A DNA stretch of 62,785 nt, the filler included, from Globobulimina sp. (lineage: Eukaryota): NCBI GenBank assembly GCA_003354225.1. It is 32 parts of 32 records of this genome, joined end to end, with 100 filler letters (N's around TTAATTAATTAA, not from the genome) between each part and the next. Parts side by side here need not be neighbours in the genome. Positions count along the whole stretch, not along the records: positions 58,960 to 60,822 come from PIVH01011111.1; positions 60,923 to 62,785 come from PIVH01011112.1; 30 more parts are not named here. The stretch is one strand, 5' to 3'. Below the pieces are notes generated by a model, which saw only the letters and a list, made by a program, of their open reading frames with translations, made no database searches and had not been told where the DNA came from. Positions within the stretch are counted from its first letter, which is position 1. Each line of letters starts with the position of its first letter. Position numbers and translations under genes: made by a program. Below are positions 60,717 through 62,785 of the stretch, piece by piece.

Positions 60717-60922
60717 GTTGAAGACTGACAAAAAAACTTTAGCTTAAATTCTTTTTTTTTTAGTTTGATGAATGGCTTAAAACAATGGCATTCCTGCAAT
60801 TTGTTGCTCAAATATATTCACTNNNNNNNNNNNNNNNNNNNNNNNNNNNNNNNNNNNNNNNNNNNNTTAATTAATTAANNNNNNNNNNNNNNNNNNNNNN
60901 NNNNNNNNNNNNNNNNNNNNNN

Positions 60923-61657
60923 TCTTAAACTTGTGGGCTGTACTCCATTATTATTCTCTTGATATATTTTGTAAATTGTTCTATTGTCCAATGCATTGAT
61001 TGGTATACCATTTATCAGCCAATCTTTTTCTCTTTCATCAAAATTATATAACGGAAACCAGTAATTTGTCACATTTGCTTCGTCAATTCGCTTCCATTCA
61101 TTCCTGCAATAATAATATCCGTTTGAACCATTCTGTACATCCATTCGAACCATTTTATCGCATAAATTCATTCTTTTCATCATTCGAGAAATATAATAAC
61201 TATCTCGGGGAAACCGCATAGCTCCCATTTCAAATACAATATCGCTGTGATTGTAAGATATTGAGTGGCTGAGAGCGTTTCCGCCAATACGCGGCAAACG
61301 CTCAAGCAATAATTTTTTATATCTTCGATGTAACACTGTATTTTCGTGTTGATCTAAAAAATGCATGCTATGTAAACCTGTGGCACCTCCACCGACTACC
61401 ACTATATCAAATGCATCGACTATTTGTTCATTATCATCTTTTGATGAAAAGCCTGAAAAATAATCAATAATTCTGTCAATATTGGATAAAAAAGCAGTAC
61501 TTGCTACAATCAATAAAAAAATCACTACATGTGATTTTATATATTTTATTTTTGCAGATTGCTTTGGTTTCTGCCCATTATATGAGTTGAAATCTTCAAT
61601 TAATAATGCTGCCATATCAGATGAGCCAGCTCCATTTGATTGATCCACTCCAGACAT
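60923..61657 (-). CDS. Membrane-anchored flavin amine oxidase / L-amino-acid oxidase family (3'-partial)
   Basis: TM helix followed by DIVVVGGGATG, LLER..RIGG, FEMGAMRFP. Confidence 0.85.
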
Positions 61658-61944
61658 GTTTTAAATTAATTAGACTAAGTTAAAAAAACTCTTATCTATC
61701 GCATAAACGATTTGTTTCAACAATCTGCGCCTGTTATCGGACTTTGATTGAATTACAACAAAAACAAATATTATCTATAAACGAGTATAATCACAACAAA
61801 AAGACAATACAAACTACTAATAAAAAATTAAAAAAACAGCATGCCACTTTCAACAAATATAATTACAAATATTAATTGTTACTTATACATTATAAATGTA
61901 CCAATGTAATATATACACCACACAGCCAAAACATATAAAATGGT

Positions 61945-62785
61945 TTATTCAAAATAGGATTTGAATTTTTTAACCTTTGTTGATAACAATCCTCTTTGTT
62001 TCGCAATTTTGATTATTTCTTTCCTCTCCCGTTTGGATAAATTATCCAAATCATCCGGTTTATTGATGTCATACTCCACCAAAATTAAAAAAAAATCAAT
62101 TTGCCAAAAACCATTATTAATCATGAAATCCTCCATATTATCTCGAGCGGAATTCATCTTTGCTTTGTTATCTTGTAGTTGCTTTGCTGACTTTTGATCG
62201 AATACAGAACGACTTCTATATCGATCCCGATTCCTTTTCTTCGTTTCGTGTTTCTTGTGTTGTAATGCATCATTCTCATCATTTGTTACCTGTACACTAA
62301 ATTTAATTTCCTTTTTATGCTTATTTTTATTTGGTTGCTCTGCAGATATTTCTGGCTCAATTTTCATTTCTTGTACATGCCGAGCACGATTTGTATTTAT
62401 ATTTTCATTTTCTTTTTTTTCAGTCCCTTTCCTTTCAGTTTCTTTTTTTTCATCCTTTTCGCTTTCTTTTTTTTCACTTTCTTTTCTGTCAATTTCTTTT
62501 TTTTCATTTTCTGCTTTTAATTTAATTGCAACAGGTTTTGATGTCACATGTACAGATTTTGTTGATTTCAGTGCCAACGGTTTCGATTTCGATCGCGACC
62601 GTATCTCATCAATGTTATCAGTGGTTTGCGACCGTTGCATCTGACCATGATTCTTATTTTTCTGTCTAATAGACCTTTGGAATTTATCCGGTCGAATTCG
62701 CCTTGAGTTCGAGTGCTTGGAACCTATGGTGGAGTGTATATGATCTCTAAAGGGGTTTGTATGCAAATATATTTCTCTACATCTA
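61945..62785 (-). CDS. Charged low-complexity protein with a possible C-terminal SAM-like helical domain (5'-partial)
   Basis: Long Lys/Glu-rich open frame; C-terminal FMINNGFW..FF.ILVEYDI...DDL. Confidence 0.45.
   Translation of the reverse strand, partial: RCREIYLHTNPFRDHIHSTIGSKHSNSRRIRPDKFQRSIRQKNKNHGQMQRSQTTDNIDEIRSRSKSKPLALKSTKSVHVTSKPVAIKLKAENEKKEIDRKESEKKESEKDEKKETERKGTEKKENENINTNRARHVQEMKIEPEISAEQPNKNKHKKEIKFSVQVTNDENDALQHKKHETKKRNRDRYRSRSVFDQKSAKQLQDNKAKMNSARDNMEDFMINNGFWQIDFFLILVEYDINKPDDLDNLSKRERKEIIKIAKQRGLLSTKVKKFKSYFE

Noticed and set aside
1868..60922. Regularly spaced TTAATTAATTAA motif as a CRISPR-like array or biological repeat
   Set aside because: It is always embedded in N runs with a fixed 100-nt length, so it is an artificial six-frame-stop linker.
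1..62785. Gene neighbourhoods across contigs (e.g. transposase, tyrosine recombinase and circular unit as one system) or uniform ~1.87-kb nanochromosomes
   Set aside because: The contigs are size-sorted assembly fragments, many genes are cut at the ends, and no telomeric repeats are seen, so linkage cannot be inferred.

Overview
This window is not one locus. It is 32 short contigs of about 1,862-1,867 nt, apparently size-sorted, joined by artificial 100-nt spacers (N44-TTAATTAATTAA-N44), so adjacency across spacers has no biological meaning. Most contigs are AT-rich eukaryotic genomic DNA with short (about 50-80 nt) GT-AG introns and the standard code. The gene families seen (7TM-RGS, XK-related, Cys-rich surface proteins) suggest a protist such as a foraminiferan/rhizarian, which is inference. 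Recognisable genes include ENT, DDX52/ROK1, CDC6, a sulfotransferase, an ABC1/ADCK kinase, PPIL4, a Ser/Thr dehydratase, GH27, eS30, PKA-R, a class B J-protein, CD2BP2, NPL, a NEURL4-like ART domain, a tandem kappa-GST/HCCA isomerase, NSF, a trypsin-like protease, a GT-A glycosyltransferase, a cytochrome b5-desaturase fragment, a C-type lectin and a flavin amine oxidase. Mobile-element proteins are a DD(D/E) transposase and an intact tyrosine recombinase. Signals missed by the ORF track are a spliced gene with two tandem LSm14-like domains, an H3 pseudogene and a tRNA-like element with a collapsed anticodon loop. Other notable items are a contig with identical 119-nt ends carrying a ~0.9-kb imperfect palindrome, a C-type lectin domain with another domain inserted in it, a candidate processed Gly-rich secreted peptide, a GC-rich bacterial UreH-type fragment fused to host DNA, and recurrent clean internal deletions in conserved genes such as H2A. 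All calls come from motif recognition by eye; no database searches were run.
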